Origin: Welwitschia mirabilis
Taxonomy: Eukaryota
Direction: 5' to 3'
Assembly (NCBI GenBank): GCA_051453625.1
Contig: JBOZIK010000001.1
Span: 10,422,550-10,486,549 of the forward strand
Length of the DNA: 64,000 bases
Positions 13,611 to 26,773 of the stretch are shown here, in pieces. The translations under genes were made by a program, and so were the position numbers. Positions within the stretch are counted from its first letter, which is position 1; every line of letters begins with the position of its first letter. The notes under the pieces were generated by a model, which was not told where the DNA came from, searched no databases, and saw only the letters and a program-made list of their open reading frames with translations.

Positions 13611-13859
13611 CTGCGCAGGCGCCGGAGGCTTCTGGGCGCGGAAAAGGTTTGAAAGATCTCCGTATTTCTTTCTGAGTTTCTCGAGCTTTTGTCTCTCCCA
13701 TTTCTGAATGAAAGCGCATTCTGAAGCTCTCTCTTTGTCATCGAAGAGTCTTCCTTTGTCATACGTGAAGAATCCCTTTCCTTTCCGCGGAATGCGTCCC
13801 CATTTCGCCAGATCTGGACCGATCATGCATCTTCTTGAAACAGGTGTTGCCAACGGCAT
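13611..13859 (-). CDS. Mitochondrial F1Fo-ATPase inhibitor (IF1)-like protein, exon 1
   Basis: Arg/Lys-rich, acid-poor N-terminus resembling a presequence, then DKGRLFDDKERASECAFIQKWERQKLEKLRKK. This matches the plant IF1 core (DKGRVLSEEERAKE..YIQKMERERLEKL, recalled from memory) and the F-x2-K/R-E-x-A-x-E-x2-Y/F pattern. CpG-rich context, upstream TATA, phase-0 donor after codon 83. Confidence 0.88.
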
Positions 13860-13929
13860 TCTTACCTTTTGAAACCCTTGCTTCTCCTCTCAAACTGTAG
13901 TTTTGCTTCGCTCAAAGATGTGTCTACTG

Positions 13930-14210
13930 CCCATTGTTAGGGTTAATAATAATTTATAGGATAATATTTAGGACTCTGGATCACGGAGAATCAGCGACGC
14001 TTCACAGTGCTTTGCACTGCTTTGGTTTTGCAGGAAAGAGAGCAGATAAGTATCGCGTCAGTGTCCATCACACGTCATCAGCTCGTCCACTGCGGGTCTA
14101 TAGCTACCGCTGCGTCCTGCATCGAGCCTGCACAGTCGAAAACATTTTCTTAGACAACATCTGCGTCAGTCTCGGTTTTTTTGTTATTTTAATTATTTTT
14201 CGTCGTTGAT
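13930..14210 (-). promoter_or_regulatory. Promoter of the IF1-like gene
   Basis: Minus-strand CCTATAAATT (TATA box) at 13960-13951, ~95 bp above the ATG. ACGT-core motif ACACGTCA at 14070-14077. Locally CpG-rich in CpG-depleted surroundings. Confidence 0.6.
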
Positions 14211-15599
14211 ATTTGGGTTTTCAGTTTTCAGTAAGTTTAAAGTAGGTGGAGCCATCGCCTTTTTCTTGAAAAGAAATTTCTTCATGTTGGCGAGCCTTAC
14301 GTTATAGGTGCATAAGGAATAGGGCAATGGCTACGGTTGCCAAAAAGCAAATACAGTGGAGATGACAGTAAAGGAGGAAAGTGACTGATTTTATTAGCTA
14401 CTATGGATGCCTTCTTTAGCGGGTTCAAGTTGTGCAAGACGAATCTAGGGTTATAAATAGTTCATTTTCATCTCATATTACACAAGAAAGATTTTCTGTA
14501 TATTTGGTGAGTAACAAAAAGAAATGCGTATGTCATTTATATGAGTTAATCTGGGGCCTCAAACATTATTTTAAAAAAAGGTTTAGTACAGTGTCAAGCT
14601 ACAACAAAATGACAAAAGTTTAGAAGTACAAAGTCAAAAAAAGAAAAGAAATGAGAGTATTAAAGAAGCTCATTCAGAATGAAAATGAAATAGAAGACTT
14701 TATTGGTTTTTGGCAGTATTTCTTGAATTATTCAAAGGTACTCTGATTGTTTTGTGTCTTGTTGCGACTATCAACAGACGGACTGCACCAACACTTGTGG
14801 TTATTTCTACTATCCATGTGATGTGGAGGATCTGTTAATGGAGGTCCATGAGGGACCTAGGGAAATGAAGAGGATTGTTCAAACCAATGCTTAATAAGCT
14901 ACAAAAGTAAGTCACCTCTAACTGCATTTTATCTAAAGACACAAGAAATTTTTAAGCTCACATTAAGCATATAAAGTTTGAAATGAAAACGATAAATGCA
15001 GTAAAGCATGCATAGGCATGAATGTTTCCATAGAAAGTGCTTGTAAATAGAAAGCCTTAGGTTATCTCCCAGAATGACTTGCTTTCACATAAGAAAAAAG
15101 TGATGAAGGATTTTACAGCTCCATGTCCATTCACTTTGAGTATACCTACAATTATAAAAAGTGTGAATGAAATTTTCTTTGTTTTTGCATAGAGGGCTTT
15201 AAATATCATAGATACGCAAATTTCGAAACCTCTTTCTAAGTGGCAATCCTTGTTGTAAAAGATATCACCTAAAGTGTTGGTATTTAAAGAGAGCGAGTCT
15301 TCTATAGATTGTTAAATCTAAGAAGCCATTGGTGTTCTATGTCCTCGATGCCCTATTTCTTATTACATGATTGATAGATATCAATTTATGACTGAAGAAG
15401 GTCATAAGCTATCTTTATCTTATAAAGGACTAGATTTGGTCATCCTTTCACCAAAGACTTCCATTAGATGTTGTACATCACTCAAGATCCTGATTGACTA
15501 CTATAACACATTCTTACAAACTTGATGCATTCTAGGGGCTAATCCATATAAAGCATTAAAATCTTTCTAGCTAACCCTATTTTTTTGCAGTCTGATGCA

Positions 15600-16300
15600 A
15601 GCTCAAAAGATTAAGTCCATTAGCAAATCATATTTTAGATTACCAAGGAGTTTGCATTAGGAAAGGTGTTAGAGACATTAGAAACCACCAAGAACTGATG
15701 AATCATAAGTATTCTTTTGAAGTAGTGATTGTATCCTATTGAAACATTGAGAAATATTCTTCCAAGTCCTCCATATGCTCTGGAAAACATGCGTTCGAAA
15801 AATGTTAACAAAGTTTGGAGATCAAATCCATTTAATAGGATGAATACCTTGCCAATATGGCACTAATGTTTAGGAGAAATAGTTTAAGACATTGAAATAA
15901 GATGTTAATAATCCATTTTACACACGTAGCCTAAGCCTAATTATAGATGTCAAATAGCCAAACCATTATTTTGTTTGGGTAAACAACAATATTGCCAAAA
16001 AACTAAATCCTTTATTTTCAGCTGGCTACATAAAATTCCAAAAAATAGCTTTAAGCTTTTGACAATCATATTTAAAGGAAACCCAATAAGAAGATAGTAC
16101 ACATGAATTGTAGCTATGATGTTCTTGCAAACTAAAATTTGTTTGTAAAGGAGAGCTTTTTAGCCTTCCACTTACAACTTTTTTTAAATTTTGTTGATGG
16201 TCTCCCTTCAAAGATTGGAGCTTGTTGCCCTAGAAGAATTATGTATTCATAAAACTTATAAAATATCATTTTCAGATAGGATTTTCCAAGGTTTGTTAGA
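15600..16300 (-). mobile_element. Decayed L1 LINE ORF2 fragment (post-RT region)
   Basis: Minus-strand KWKAKKLSF, SSYWVSFKYDCQKLKAIFWNFM and CCLPKQNNGLAI match the WK..LS / RNFLW / C.PK..GGLG motifs of plant LINEs. Confidence 0.75.
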
Positions 16301-16827
16301 AAGCCAAGCTAAGTTTTGCTTTCTATTAAAAAAAAACTAGAGATTTATCCTAATTGATGTTAGAGCCTAAAAGAGCATAGTATTTTGAAATTTAAGTAAT
16401 AATTTACTAATAAAATTTCATTGATTCCTAATGAAGAAAAAAGAATCATCTACAAAGTGCATATTAATAAGCTAGTTTTGGTTCTGTTAAACATGAGAAT
16501 TTTGAATCAGATCATCAGCTTCATCTTTCCTACTATGTTGCAAGCCAAATTGGCTATATTTATATTTAACATCATGTTTGAAGTGTGTTTTCAGGTTCTT
16601 TTTCAAGGTTTAATGCTTATATGGACCAATTTTGATGACAAAGATCAAAGATGAAGAATTAATAATAATTTGAATCAAAATGGAGTAATTATGAAGCATT
16701 TGAGAAAGACATGCCAAGAAGATGTTATGTAGAGAAGATGTTACATCAAAAAGACATTCCAAAAGACATCAAGAAGATGTCACATCAAGAAGACCTTCCA
16801 CATAATCAAAAAGATGTTACACCAAAA

Positions 16828-17035
16828 AAGCATGTGGAATATAAGAAGCCATGAGAAGATGAAAGATCAACGCTCATGGAAGATGAAAATTCAATAGTCA
16901 CCAAGAAAGCATGTGGAAGACTAGAAGCCATGAGAAGATGGAATGTCAATGGTCATGGAAGATGAAAAGTCAATAGTCACTAAGAACATACTTGGAAGAC
17001 AAGAAGCCACAAAAAGATGAAAGATCAATGATCAT
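16828..17035 (+). repeat. Degenerate tandem repeat, ~79-bp unit, ~2.6 copies
   Basis: aagcatgtggaa..aagaagccatgagaagatg..tcaa..tcatggaagatgaaaa.tcaatagtcac recurs at 16828, 16907 and ~16985. Confidence 0.85.
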
Positions 17036-17569
17036 CCACCTAGTCAACTGGAAGACAAAAAGGCATGTAGAAGACATGAAGAATATGAAACAAACTCCAT
17101 CATTTATGTAATCATTGAAATGATGGCCTTTGGTTTATTACGACTCTTCGNNNNNNNNNNNNNNNNNNNNNNNNNNNNNNNNNNNNNNNNNNNNNNNNNN
17201 NNNNNNNNNNNNNNNNNNNNNNNNNNNNNNNNNNNNNNNNNNNNNNNNNNAGACATGAAGAATATGACACAAACTCCATCATTTATGTAATCATTGAAAT
17301 GATGGCCTTTGGTTTATTATGACTCTTATAGTGATCCAATAGTCATCCTAAATACTATCCTCCATTTACTTATCTCGGCTACATCGATTGTTCTTGTGAC
17401 GTTTGAAGAGCGATTGAGCAAGGGATCCATTTATTAGTTGCATATTCACTTTCTTAGTTTAGATTGCCTTTTCAATTTCTGTAATTTTGTACTCTTTGTA
17501 ATTTTTCTCTCCTACATTATCGTTATTTTTATTTTCTAGTCTTGTTTGGATTTCAATTAGATTTCTGAT

Positions 17570-17881
17570 TTTCACTTTACTTTTTAATTTCTGTAATTTT
17601 TTAGATTTCTATAATTTTTTACTTTCTATAAGTTTTCGTCTTTATGTTATTGTTAATTTTGTTTTTGCTTTCACTTTCTAATTTCTATAAGTTTTTATAT
17701 TTCTATACTTTTTGACTTTCTATAAGTTTTTGTCTTACTTTACTGTTAGTTTTGTTTTTGCTTTCACTTTTTAATTTTTGTATTTTTTTACTTTCTGTAA
17801 GCTTTTGTCTTTATATTATTGTTAGTTTTGTTTTTGTTTTACTTTTTAATTTCTGTAAGTTTTTAATTTTTATCATTTTTT
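17570..17881 (+). repeat. T-rich degenerate tandem array (~75-95-bp units); continues at 19615-19790 beyond the LINE
   Basis: Recurrent actttctataagtttt.gtctttat.ttattgtta.ttttgttt..gctttcact on both sides of the insertion. Confidence 0.85.
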
Positions 17882-19614
17882 GAATGAAATTATAGAATTT
17901 TCATTGCTGTAAAAGATGAGAAACAACTCATATAAGAAAAAAAAAAGGATCTCTCTTGGTCCCTATCAGACATTTGAAATAGAGGAGGAAATGATAATCT
18001 GAGCATTAACCACTTGGGGAGAGTTGCTTAGGCTAGGAAACAGGGGAAGAGATTGCTGTTTGCTATCTCATGGGAGCAGGGGAAGAAAAGAATTGATAAC
18101 AGGGAAATGAGCTANNNNNNNNNNNNNNNNNNNNNNNNNNNNNNNNNNNNNNNNNNNNNNNNNNNNNNNNNNNNNNNNNNNNNNNNNNNNNNNNNNNNNN
18201 NNNNNNNNNNNNNNNNNNNNNNNNNNNNNNNNNNNNNNNNNNNNNNNNNNNNNNNNNNNNNNNNNNNNNNNNNNNNNNNNNNNNNNNNNNNNNNNNNNNN
18301 NNNNNNNNNNNNNNNNNNNNNNNNNNNNNNNNNNNNNNNNNNNNNNNNNNNNNNNNNNNNNNNNNNNNNNNNNNNNNNNNNNNNNNNNNNNNNNNNNNNN
18401 NNNNNNNNNNNNNNNNNNNNNNNNNNNNNNNNNNNNNNNNNNNNNNNNNNNNNNNNNNNNNNNNNNNNNNNNNNNNNNNNNNNNNNNNNNNNNNNNNNNN
18501 NNNNNNNNNNNNNNNNNNNNNNNNNNNNNNNNNNNNNNNNNNNNNNNNNNNNNNNNNNNNNNNNNNNNNNNNNNNNNNNNNNNNNNNNNNNNNNNNNNNN
18601 NNNNNNNNNNNNNNNNNNNNNNNNNNNNNNNNNNNNNNNNNNNNNNNNNNNNNNNNNNNNNAAGTGGCATGATTGGAAATAAAGCAGTGCATCATGAGGC
18701 TTAGGAGCTGAGCTTCTTTTCTGATGAAGATTCCAAATAGAGCTCTTGGATTGAAGGAGGATGAGAGTGAGGGGACTATCCGATGCTAAATACTTGATGA
18801 TCACCTGCAGCACCAATCCACAGGTCCAGTACTAAGGAACTCTGTCACTTGATTTGCATAAGTACTCGAAGATACAGAGTAAAAGGTACTCTTTGTTTTG
18901 ATTGCTGGATAGTGAAAGCCTATAAGATTATCTTGTTATGAATTGGGCGTAGATGCCTATGAGATGATACCAGTTTCGATTTTTATAGAAGTATTTCATC
19001 TTTTGAATATCTGAAAGCTTAAACTTCAGATGAGTTTTGATCTCGTTGGCTCTGCGTTGGAGCCTGAACCCTGTCTATTTGAAAAGCTTCTCATTTCTTC
19101 CTTGCCAGATATGGTATATATAGGCAGTGATCAGGGAGAAGGTGATATTGTTTTGAGTAGTTTTAGATCTGAATCTGTGTTTAAGCCACTATAACAGGTT
19201 AGTCCAAAATGCTATAGGGGGTTAAAGGAACACCAGGCTTAGGGTAAACTGGAGTAAATCATAGCAAGGAGGATATTCGAAAAAGAGATGATCTCTAGTC
19301 TCTTCAGCCAGACCACATAGACTGCAAGTGGGATTAATCTGGAATCTAAATTTAAGCAATCTTGACTTAGTGTTTAATTTATTATTGCACACTAGCCATG
19401 AAATAAAGGAGTGCTTTAGTAAGGCATACCTGTTCTAGACAATTGAAAACCACTCAGCTTTGGGAGCCTGTCCACTCAGCTGAGCATACATGGAGGAGGT
19501 GGAGAAAGGCTTTCTAGGTTCCTTTCAAACTAAACCATGACCTGTAAGATCTATGCACTATCCTGCTTGGCTTCCAAGCTTTAGTAATTTTTTGATAATC
19601 TAGGATGTGCTCTG
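17882..19614 (-). mobile_element. 5'-truncated L1 LINE (zf-RVT-like 3' end) with 13-bp TSD
   Basis: Minus-strand KHSFISWLVCNNKLNTKSRLLKFRFQINPTCSLCGLAEETRDHLFFE. TSD TTTATCATTTTTT at 17869-17881 and 19615-19627. The 3' end aatttcattc runs into the A-run of the TSD. Confidence 0.9.
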
Positions 19615-20217
19615 TTTATCATTTTTTACTTTCTATAAGTTTTCATCTTTATGGTATTGTCAGTGTTGTCAGTTTTGTTTAAGCTTTCACTTTTTAATTT
19701 TTGTTAAGTCTTTAATTTCTATAATTTTTTAGATTTCTATAATTTTTTACTATCTATAAGTTTTCGTCTTTATGTTATTATTAGTTTTATGTGTAAACTT
19801 GAGGACTATCAGTCTTTGTATCTAATTCGATCTTGGAGATTACCAGTTACTCCTTGTGCTTTGAGAGATTCTAGTGAGTATCCTTGCTTACCATCCAAAT
19901 TATTTCTTCTTGTTTCATCCTTCTCATTTATGTATAGTAATAAAAGGACCCTTCAAGAAATATAATTTGAAAAGATAGAAACTTGAGGTCTGTGGATAAT
20001 GATAAAAGAACATTATAAGAAATATTTACAAAAAGATGGTAAACAATAAAAACTGATTTTGAAACTAGAAATTGAAACCCTTTCTCTTTTCAACCTCCCT
20101 ATTTTTTCCCTCTTCTTTTTAGCATTGATATAGGAATGACAATGAGGATTTTCAACATTTTAGGAACTCACACCTCATTTAGAGAAGCATTCTACAATCA
20201 TTTTAGTAAACCCCAAC

Positions 20218-20308
20218 CATCTTTCATGAATTACTATGAAAAAGATACATCTCCCATGAATTACTATGAAGAAGATCCATCTCTCATGAGTTACTATGAA
20301 GAAGAAGA
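20218..20308 (+). repeat. 30-bp tandem repeat x3 within a short ORF (20136-20378), probably retroelement-derived
   Basis: catct..catga.ttactatgaa.aaga three times, translating S.M(N/S)YYE(E/K). Confidence 0.8.
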
Positions 20309-21945
20309 TAACTCATTTCATGAGTCAATGAAAAAAATGATGGAAGAAATAAAAAAGATGCAAGAAAATACCAATTAAAACTTAGAAAATCAAAACAAGA
20401 ACCTAGCAAATCTAATTGGGATCCTTAACAAACAATGTTACAAAGTCAACTATTTCAAGGTTCTTTTACAATGCAATGTTCTCAAAACTATCCTACTCTT
20501 TCTACTACATTCTTCTTTGAGGAGATGGGAAAGACACAAGTAGCAGCAATTCTTACTTTAAAATAAAAAAAGATATTTTGGATCAATTTCCAGCATCCCA
20601 CTATTAGAAGATGGTCAAAATGAGGACAATGATGATCCAACTCAATTATTAAACAACAAGGATGAGGATGACTATCAGTTAAACTTAATAGACTTATTCC
20701 TTCTAATACAACAATCCAACTTAAATAGTCTACCCATATTTCTCCATCCCTTTCACTTGTGTTTTAATGTAATACCCAAAGTAACATACTTTCCTTTCCT
20801 ACTAATCCCACTTTACTTTATGCCTTTAATGAAAAATCTTTTCAAAAGTACGACTTGGGATATCTTAGAATTTTAAATTAGGAAAAGCTTTATCTTCTTG
20901 ATGAAAATCCATGTCTTGAATTGGATGTTAAGAAGTTTCTTAGTTTTACTAAACATTCTAATAAGCCTTCAAAAATTTCTTAGATCCATTCTTTAAGTCG
21001 TACCTTGAATGAATTATGTAATGATAATCATGATTTACATCAATTTGATTAAAGATTATTTTTCAATGAAATTTATCAATTCTTCATCTTTTATTTAGTT
21101 TCTGAAATTTGTGCTATCAAGGTTTTAGCCTTTTATTTTCTTTACCTCTAATTGATTTTACTCAAAAATGATTGTATACCTTGTATGTTTTATCAATTGG
21201 TTTCTATTTGATTTGGTCCTTATTTTTTTCAAAAAGTAGAATACATACAATCACAACCTTACAAAAATAAAATTAATATTTCTTTTTCTTAAAATAAAGT
21301 GCTAGATAGGATTTAAGATCTAAATAATACTTGTTTTCCTCATGAGCACTTAATTTCATATTATATAATCAATACTTAAAAGTTAGTAGAAAATGAAGAT
21401 CCTTTTTTGTACAAAATTTATAGGATTTCTAAAGAGTCATTAATTACTTATAAATTTAAAGAAATTTAAGAGTTATGACCTTTTTAGTATAGTATAGTAA
21501 CATAACAACTTTAAGAAAATTAAAGCAATTTTTACACTTAAAATATGATCATAGATAATATATAGATATAAATGTAAACTGATAAAGTTAATTTATAAAA
21601 ACCATGTTACAAGTCTAATTTCAGAAAAATTAATATAATTTATTTTTTATAAACCTATAGTTAATAATTTTTAGTTACAAGACCTATTAAAAGACTAAAA
21701 AATTCAATAATTAATGTCATTTTTCATAGAAAATTATCTAATAAAAGTATATTAATAATTTAAGAAAACAATTTCATTTTCATCATTTATATTTAAGAAT
21801 ATTTAGTAAATTATATTATTTTCCTTTCTTACAAAATCTTTATTTTTAAATGATTATTGCAATTCTTATTTACAATGTGTTAAGTTTAATTATTTAAATG
21901 ATTAAAAGATGATTAGTTTAATTTTATTTTAAATTTTTAATATTA

Positions 21946-22047
21946 CTCTCTCTCTCTTTCTCTCTCTCTCTCTCTTCTTCCTTTTCTTCCTCCCTCTCTC
22001 TCCCCCCTCTCTCTATATCTCTCTACATACACATATACACACACTCT
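21946..22047. repeat. Compound (CT)n/(CA)n microsatellite
   Basis: Interrupted CT runs followed by CA/TA repeats. Confidence 0.85.
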
Positions 22048-24820
22048 CTTTCACTTTAATAAGTTGGTTAACTTACTTAGTTTTTTCAATTTTGATCCTT
22101 TTTTATTTATGTTATAGTTACATGAATTTTAAGTAAGCTTATCTCTTGTTATTCATATTTAACTTTGCATTTACTCCCATTTCTCCTCATTAGTTAAATT
22201 AATTGAACATGGGAAAAGGAATTTTAAAGTTAACATGATTTCAATTAAGTAACATTCAAAAGTTAATTATTTAGTAAGAGATGACTTCTAACATTTTAGC
22301 TCCTTGCATTCATGGTAGTACAAATTGCTTAACCAATTAGAAGTAGCAATCACACTTACATGTTGGTGCATGTAGTGGAATCCAAACTAGGGATTTTCCT
22401 TTCGAAGAAAACACCTTCATGCAAAGTCAAGCAAGAAAAAATAAATTACATGTAGTAATCTAGGGGTAAGAATATAGAGGAAACTCAAAAAATAACCAAA
22501 ATCTATAGGCAGGGAGAATGCAAGGATCAAGTGAATAAGATTGAAATTATAGGAATAAAAGACCTCTAAAAGGGAATTTAGATAATTCTATAATGGAAGA
22601 TAAAGTAATTTGATAGTAAATGATAAAAATAATAAGTTACTCCTATGTACAAGTTATAAGCAAAAGATGAATGCAAACAATAGTAAAATGCAAATAGAGA
22701 ATTCAGATTTCAAGGCCTAAAATAAGTAAAATTCATATAAAATAAAATTTCCAGAATGAATATTGCAAGAACAACAACATCATGATAACTGTGATGCATT
22801 TGTCTTATCTTCAAATCAAAGTCGAAGCATATCTTATTTCAAGAAACGAATGTTTAAGAAATGATATGGTCTTTTTGTAGAAGCTTTTATTAAAGTTAAA
22901 AAAAAAAAAAGGAAAATTTACAGTTTGTTCTTTAGCATAAAGAATGAACAATAACTAGCCAAATGATGCTAATACTAAAATGAAAACTAGTAATTAGTAA
23001 ACTCATGCATTAGTATATGAATGTTAAAAGAGCACTTATCTAGTTAAAGCTTGTAGTTTTACCATTCAAATTTGAGCATAAACAAGTATTTGAAATTATA
23101 GCATTGATGTTAGGTACTCTTCATGATATCGATGAAAGAACTATGAATAAAAAAAATTCTCTCTAGTTCTAGACTTAAAATATGAATGAATCTAGATTAA
23201 GAGTACAAATTTAAAATTGCTCTCAGAAACCATTTGGGTGTTTTAAAAATAAAAGATGATCTATGAAAACATTCCAAATACTTCTAGAATATGTATATAA
23301 ATAAGACACATTATTAAAGATTTTCCAAACTTCACTTGGAGGAGGTCATATCAACAGAACCTATGACAACCTTATCCTTAAAAATAGAGATGCATTAATT
23401 TCCATTGTTTTTATTATTTCTTATTATTTTTCTAAGATCCAAAAAATAGAAAATTTTTTAAATTAAAATGTAAACAAATAAATAAGTGCCTTTTGAAGTC
23501 TCATTATCTAGGATCTCATTTCAAAGTAATACACCATTTGCAAACCTTACTAGGGCTTACTAGTAAAAGACCTAAAGTATTCACTTGTTTTTCTAGTTGG
23601 TAAGTCCATTTAGCACTGTTTAAAACTCCAATAGGAGTTATAAAAAACTAAGGCATTTTAAATTATTTTTATAGAAATATTATCAACTCTCTTCAACATC
23701 TCACATGGAACTAAATGTAGACCAAAGTACACAAAGTTAAAATTTGCAATATATTTTTATTAAGGACACATAATATCAAGTGTAATTGGATGAAATTTCT
23801 TAAAAGAACTAGTTAAAGGATTTAGCAGAGAATACCTTCTTTTAAAAATACCTATTAGAAGCACAATAATTAATGCAAAGTATCTTAAGCTCAAAGTAAG
23901 TCAGTTTTCATTCAAACCTAGGATAATAGGATAAAATTGTAATAAATTAAAGAGTTCATGTTTATACAGATAGGAATTATTCTTAAAACTAGTGGAAAAA
24001 TGAAGGGAGAAGAAAATGAATGGTAGCTGTATAGAAAAACAATAACAACTTCCATACAACTTAAAAAATATACATGACCAATGCCAATAGGATTAGCCTC
24101 CTCTAATTATGGTTTAATAGTTACAACTAATAAAACATGATAATACTTTATTGTAATTGTTCTAGATTGAATTCTGAAGAGATAATTATTATATTGAATA
24201 ATTTATTTTTTTAGCACTATGCCTGAAGAATGGTACTGTAACATCACAAGCAGTTACATTAGTAACTGCCTAATACTCTAAAATGTAATATGGCTTAATT
24301 AAATGGCTTATGGCTAATATTACATGAAAATATCACATTTATCCTAGAAATGAATAGATATGATAAGTTATAGCTCATAGAATTTAAATATCTAATGTTC
24401 TAATGTCTTGGTAGGTTTTGATATGCTCTAATGTCATGCATCTAGTGCCAAAATGAGTGATAATGAAAACATCAATAAGTGATTGAAATATAGTAAAGGA
24501 AAAAGAAGTATGAGTTATTTTTAGGAGTAAATAGATCCACATTTTTTTCCTTAGATCTCGACCTCCTAATCAGATCATCACAAATCACTTGAAAATGAAT
24601 TAAAATGTACTATTTTATGCTCATTAAATCTTTGATGCTTTTGTTTCTTGAAAAGCACAAAAATACCTCTAAGTGTAGTATTATTATTATAAAATAATGA
24701 TAAATTATGACTTTTAATTGAAGAAATCATGAAGATTTCATTTTATGTAGAAGATTCAAAACTAAGAGATAAAGAGACCTCTCAAGAAGCATGAATGTTT
24801 CATCTTGAAAATACCTCAAG

Positions 24821-25137
24821 GATTACATTGGTACTAATGGAACTTGTACAATTAAAGAAGCAAATAATAGGTATGGGTGAGGAAGGTGTATGAGGTAAAA
24901 TAAGGAAAAAGGAGAAAAACATGGGAGAAAAAAGGAAAGGGGATGAGGTTGATGAGAGGATTTAAAAGGTAAATAATAATAAACGTCCTCATGATATGTT
25001 AAATACGTATCATATTAGTAAATGGAAAAACAAGAATTTGAATGAGATTTTTCACATGTGGGCATATCCATTATGCCTTTTATTTAAAAATATTTCTAGG
25101 AATAAGGATATAAAATAAGTAACCAAGAGTTTATATC
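24821..25137 (+). repeat. Dispersed direct repeat (~315 bp), copy 1
   Basis: Colinear with 31791-32106 (aataataggtatgg, aaaaaggagaaaa, tatcatattagtaaat, aatgagattttt, gagtttatatc); clearly diverged. Confidence 0.85.
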
Positions 25138-26773
25138 AAAAATCCCTCCTTAATGTTAATTTTGTAAAATTGGGAAGAACTAACATTATAAAGAATTAAT
25201 ATTAGTTGACATGACTTGACAAGGGAACCACTGAAATTGATTGAAGCATCAAAACATAAAACCAAGAATAGAAGCACCAAAATCAGCAAAGTTACCAAAA
25301 TGTACAACTTTAATGAATATTTTCTCTGAATGATTTTCTTAGATGAATATGCATCCTTCATCCTATGCAACTTTAAAGAAGACATCTTTGAATAGTCTTT
25401 CTAACTAATATGCATACCTTGCTTGAAAACATGGGACATACCTAACATGGAACAAATCTAAAGAGAAATGAAACACATCCAATGAAAAATAAAAATTATA
25501 TATGTTGTTTAACCATAATCATTAGACTAATTGAATAATTTAATAAGGTATCTTCTTCTATTTTAATCCATCTTTTACAATAATAAGTTTCTTCATAATA
25601 ATTGGATGGCCTCCCTTGAACCAATAATCTTTAAAAAAGGTTTTCTCAGAAAAATTTAAAAAATTTTCATGCTAATATTCAAAATAATTGCAGGAATATT
25701 ACAATGCTCAAACCTAATTTAATAGCTCAGGGTAAGGCCTNNNNNNNNNNATTGGAGAAATAAGAGGAGGTAATCCCATCGCTGTAGAGGTTGGTATATA
25801 CAAAGGTGATATGTCTTGTGAATCACCATAAGACACTCCTTCATGCCACTGTGACCCCACATCATAGACAAATGGATCTTCGCTCCACTATAATCTATGT
25901 AGAAGACATATCTATAACCCTACCTCTTCATTTCTTCTTCTTCAAATTAGAAGAATCCTTTACTTTGATGTCTAGTATTGTGATACCATCAATGATTAAA
26001 TAGTCAACAAAAGTAAAAGTCAGCAATGTCAAAAAAAAAGTCAAGTTGTTGAGTCAGAGACTAGTAAAAAAAAAAAAAAAAAAAGTTGGCTTAAAAAGTC
26101 AGCTTTAAAATTTTTTAACGCCAACAAATTAAGACATTAGTGATCATGTTTTGGATATATGTAACTCTTTTCTGATGTAATTAGAAGTTCTAAATGAACA
26201 TTTTTTAAATGCATTGTAACTCTTGCCAATCCAATCATAAAGCATATAATTAAAAATTTGAAACCATAGTTGACAGGTGAATGATAAATTTAGAATTTAA
26301 ATAGGTTATACATCAAAAACATGTATTAAACCAATGGAAACATTAAAACAATAGAACAAAATAGTGCATGATATGTTATCCATACGTACGATGAGACATG
26401 AAACCATAATCCAATCATCCAAAATGTTTAGTACAAATTACAAAATCAACATCAAACAAAGGTTTTAATAGATCTAATCTAGTAATGTCATAAGGGTTTT
26501 NNNNNNNNNNNNNNNNNNNNNNNNNNNNNNNNNNNNNNNNNNNNNNNNNNNNNNNNNNNNNNNNNNNNNNNNNNNNNNNNNNNNNNNNNNNNNNNNNNNN
26601 AAAATAGTGCATGATATGTTATCCATACGTATGATGATACATGAAACCATAATCTAATCATCCAAAATGTTTAATACAAATTACAAAATCAACATCAAAC
26701 AAAGGTTTTAATAGATCTAATCTAGTAATGTCATAAGGGTTTTTAGAAGAACCCTCGCTAGCATTCCTATGCA

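Larger units (their letters stand above)
16355..19897 (+). mobile_element. Probable decayed Athila-like LTR hosting a LINE insertion
   Basis: Starts TGATGTTAGAGCCTAAAAGAGCATAGTATTTT, resembling Athila LTR starts. Has purine-rich then T-rich tandem sub-repeats. The 3' boundary and TSD are uncertain. Confidence 0.35.

Noticed and set aside
13890-13934. 14-codon upstream ORF (MGSRHIFERSKTTV) on the minus strand
   Set aside because: Its ATG is only ~20 nt below the TATA box, probably upstream of the transcription start.
13934-14912. Divergent plus-strand gene (91-aa ORF; GTAAGT at 14231 and 14907)
   Set aside because: No homology or coherent exon chain; the ORF starts at TTG within the promoter.
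16828-17035. CRISPR-like repeat arrays (also 36700-36835)
   Set aside because: Degenerate tandem repeats inside plant LTRs, with no unique spacers and no cas genes.
23300-23950. Possible further minus-strand LINE remnant (FVYFGLHL)
   Set aside because: One weak motif; too decayed to support a call.
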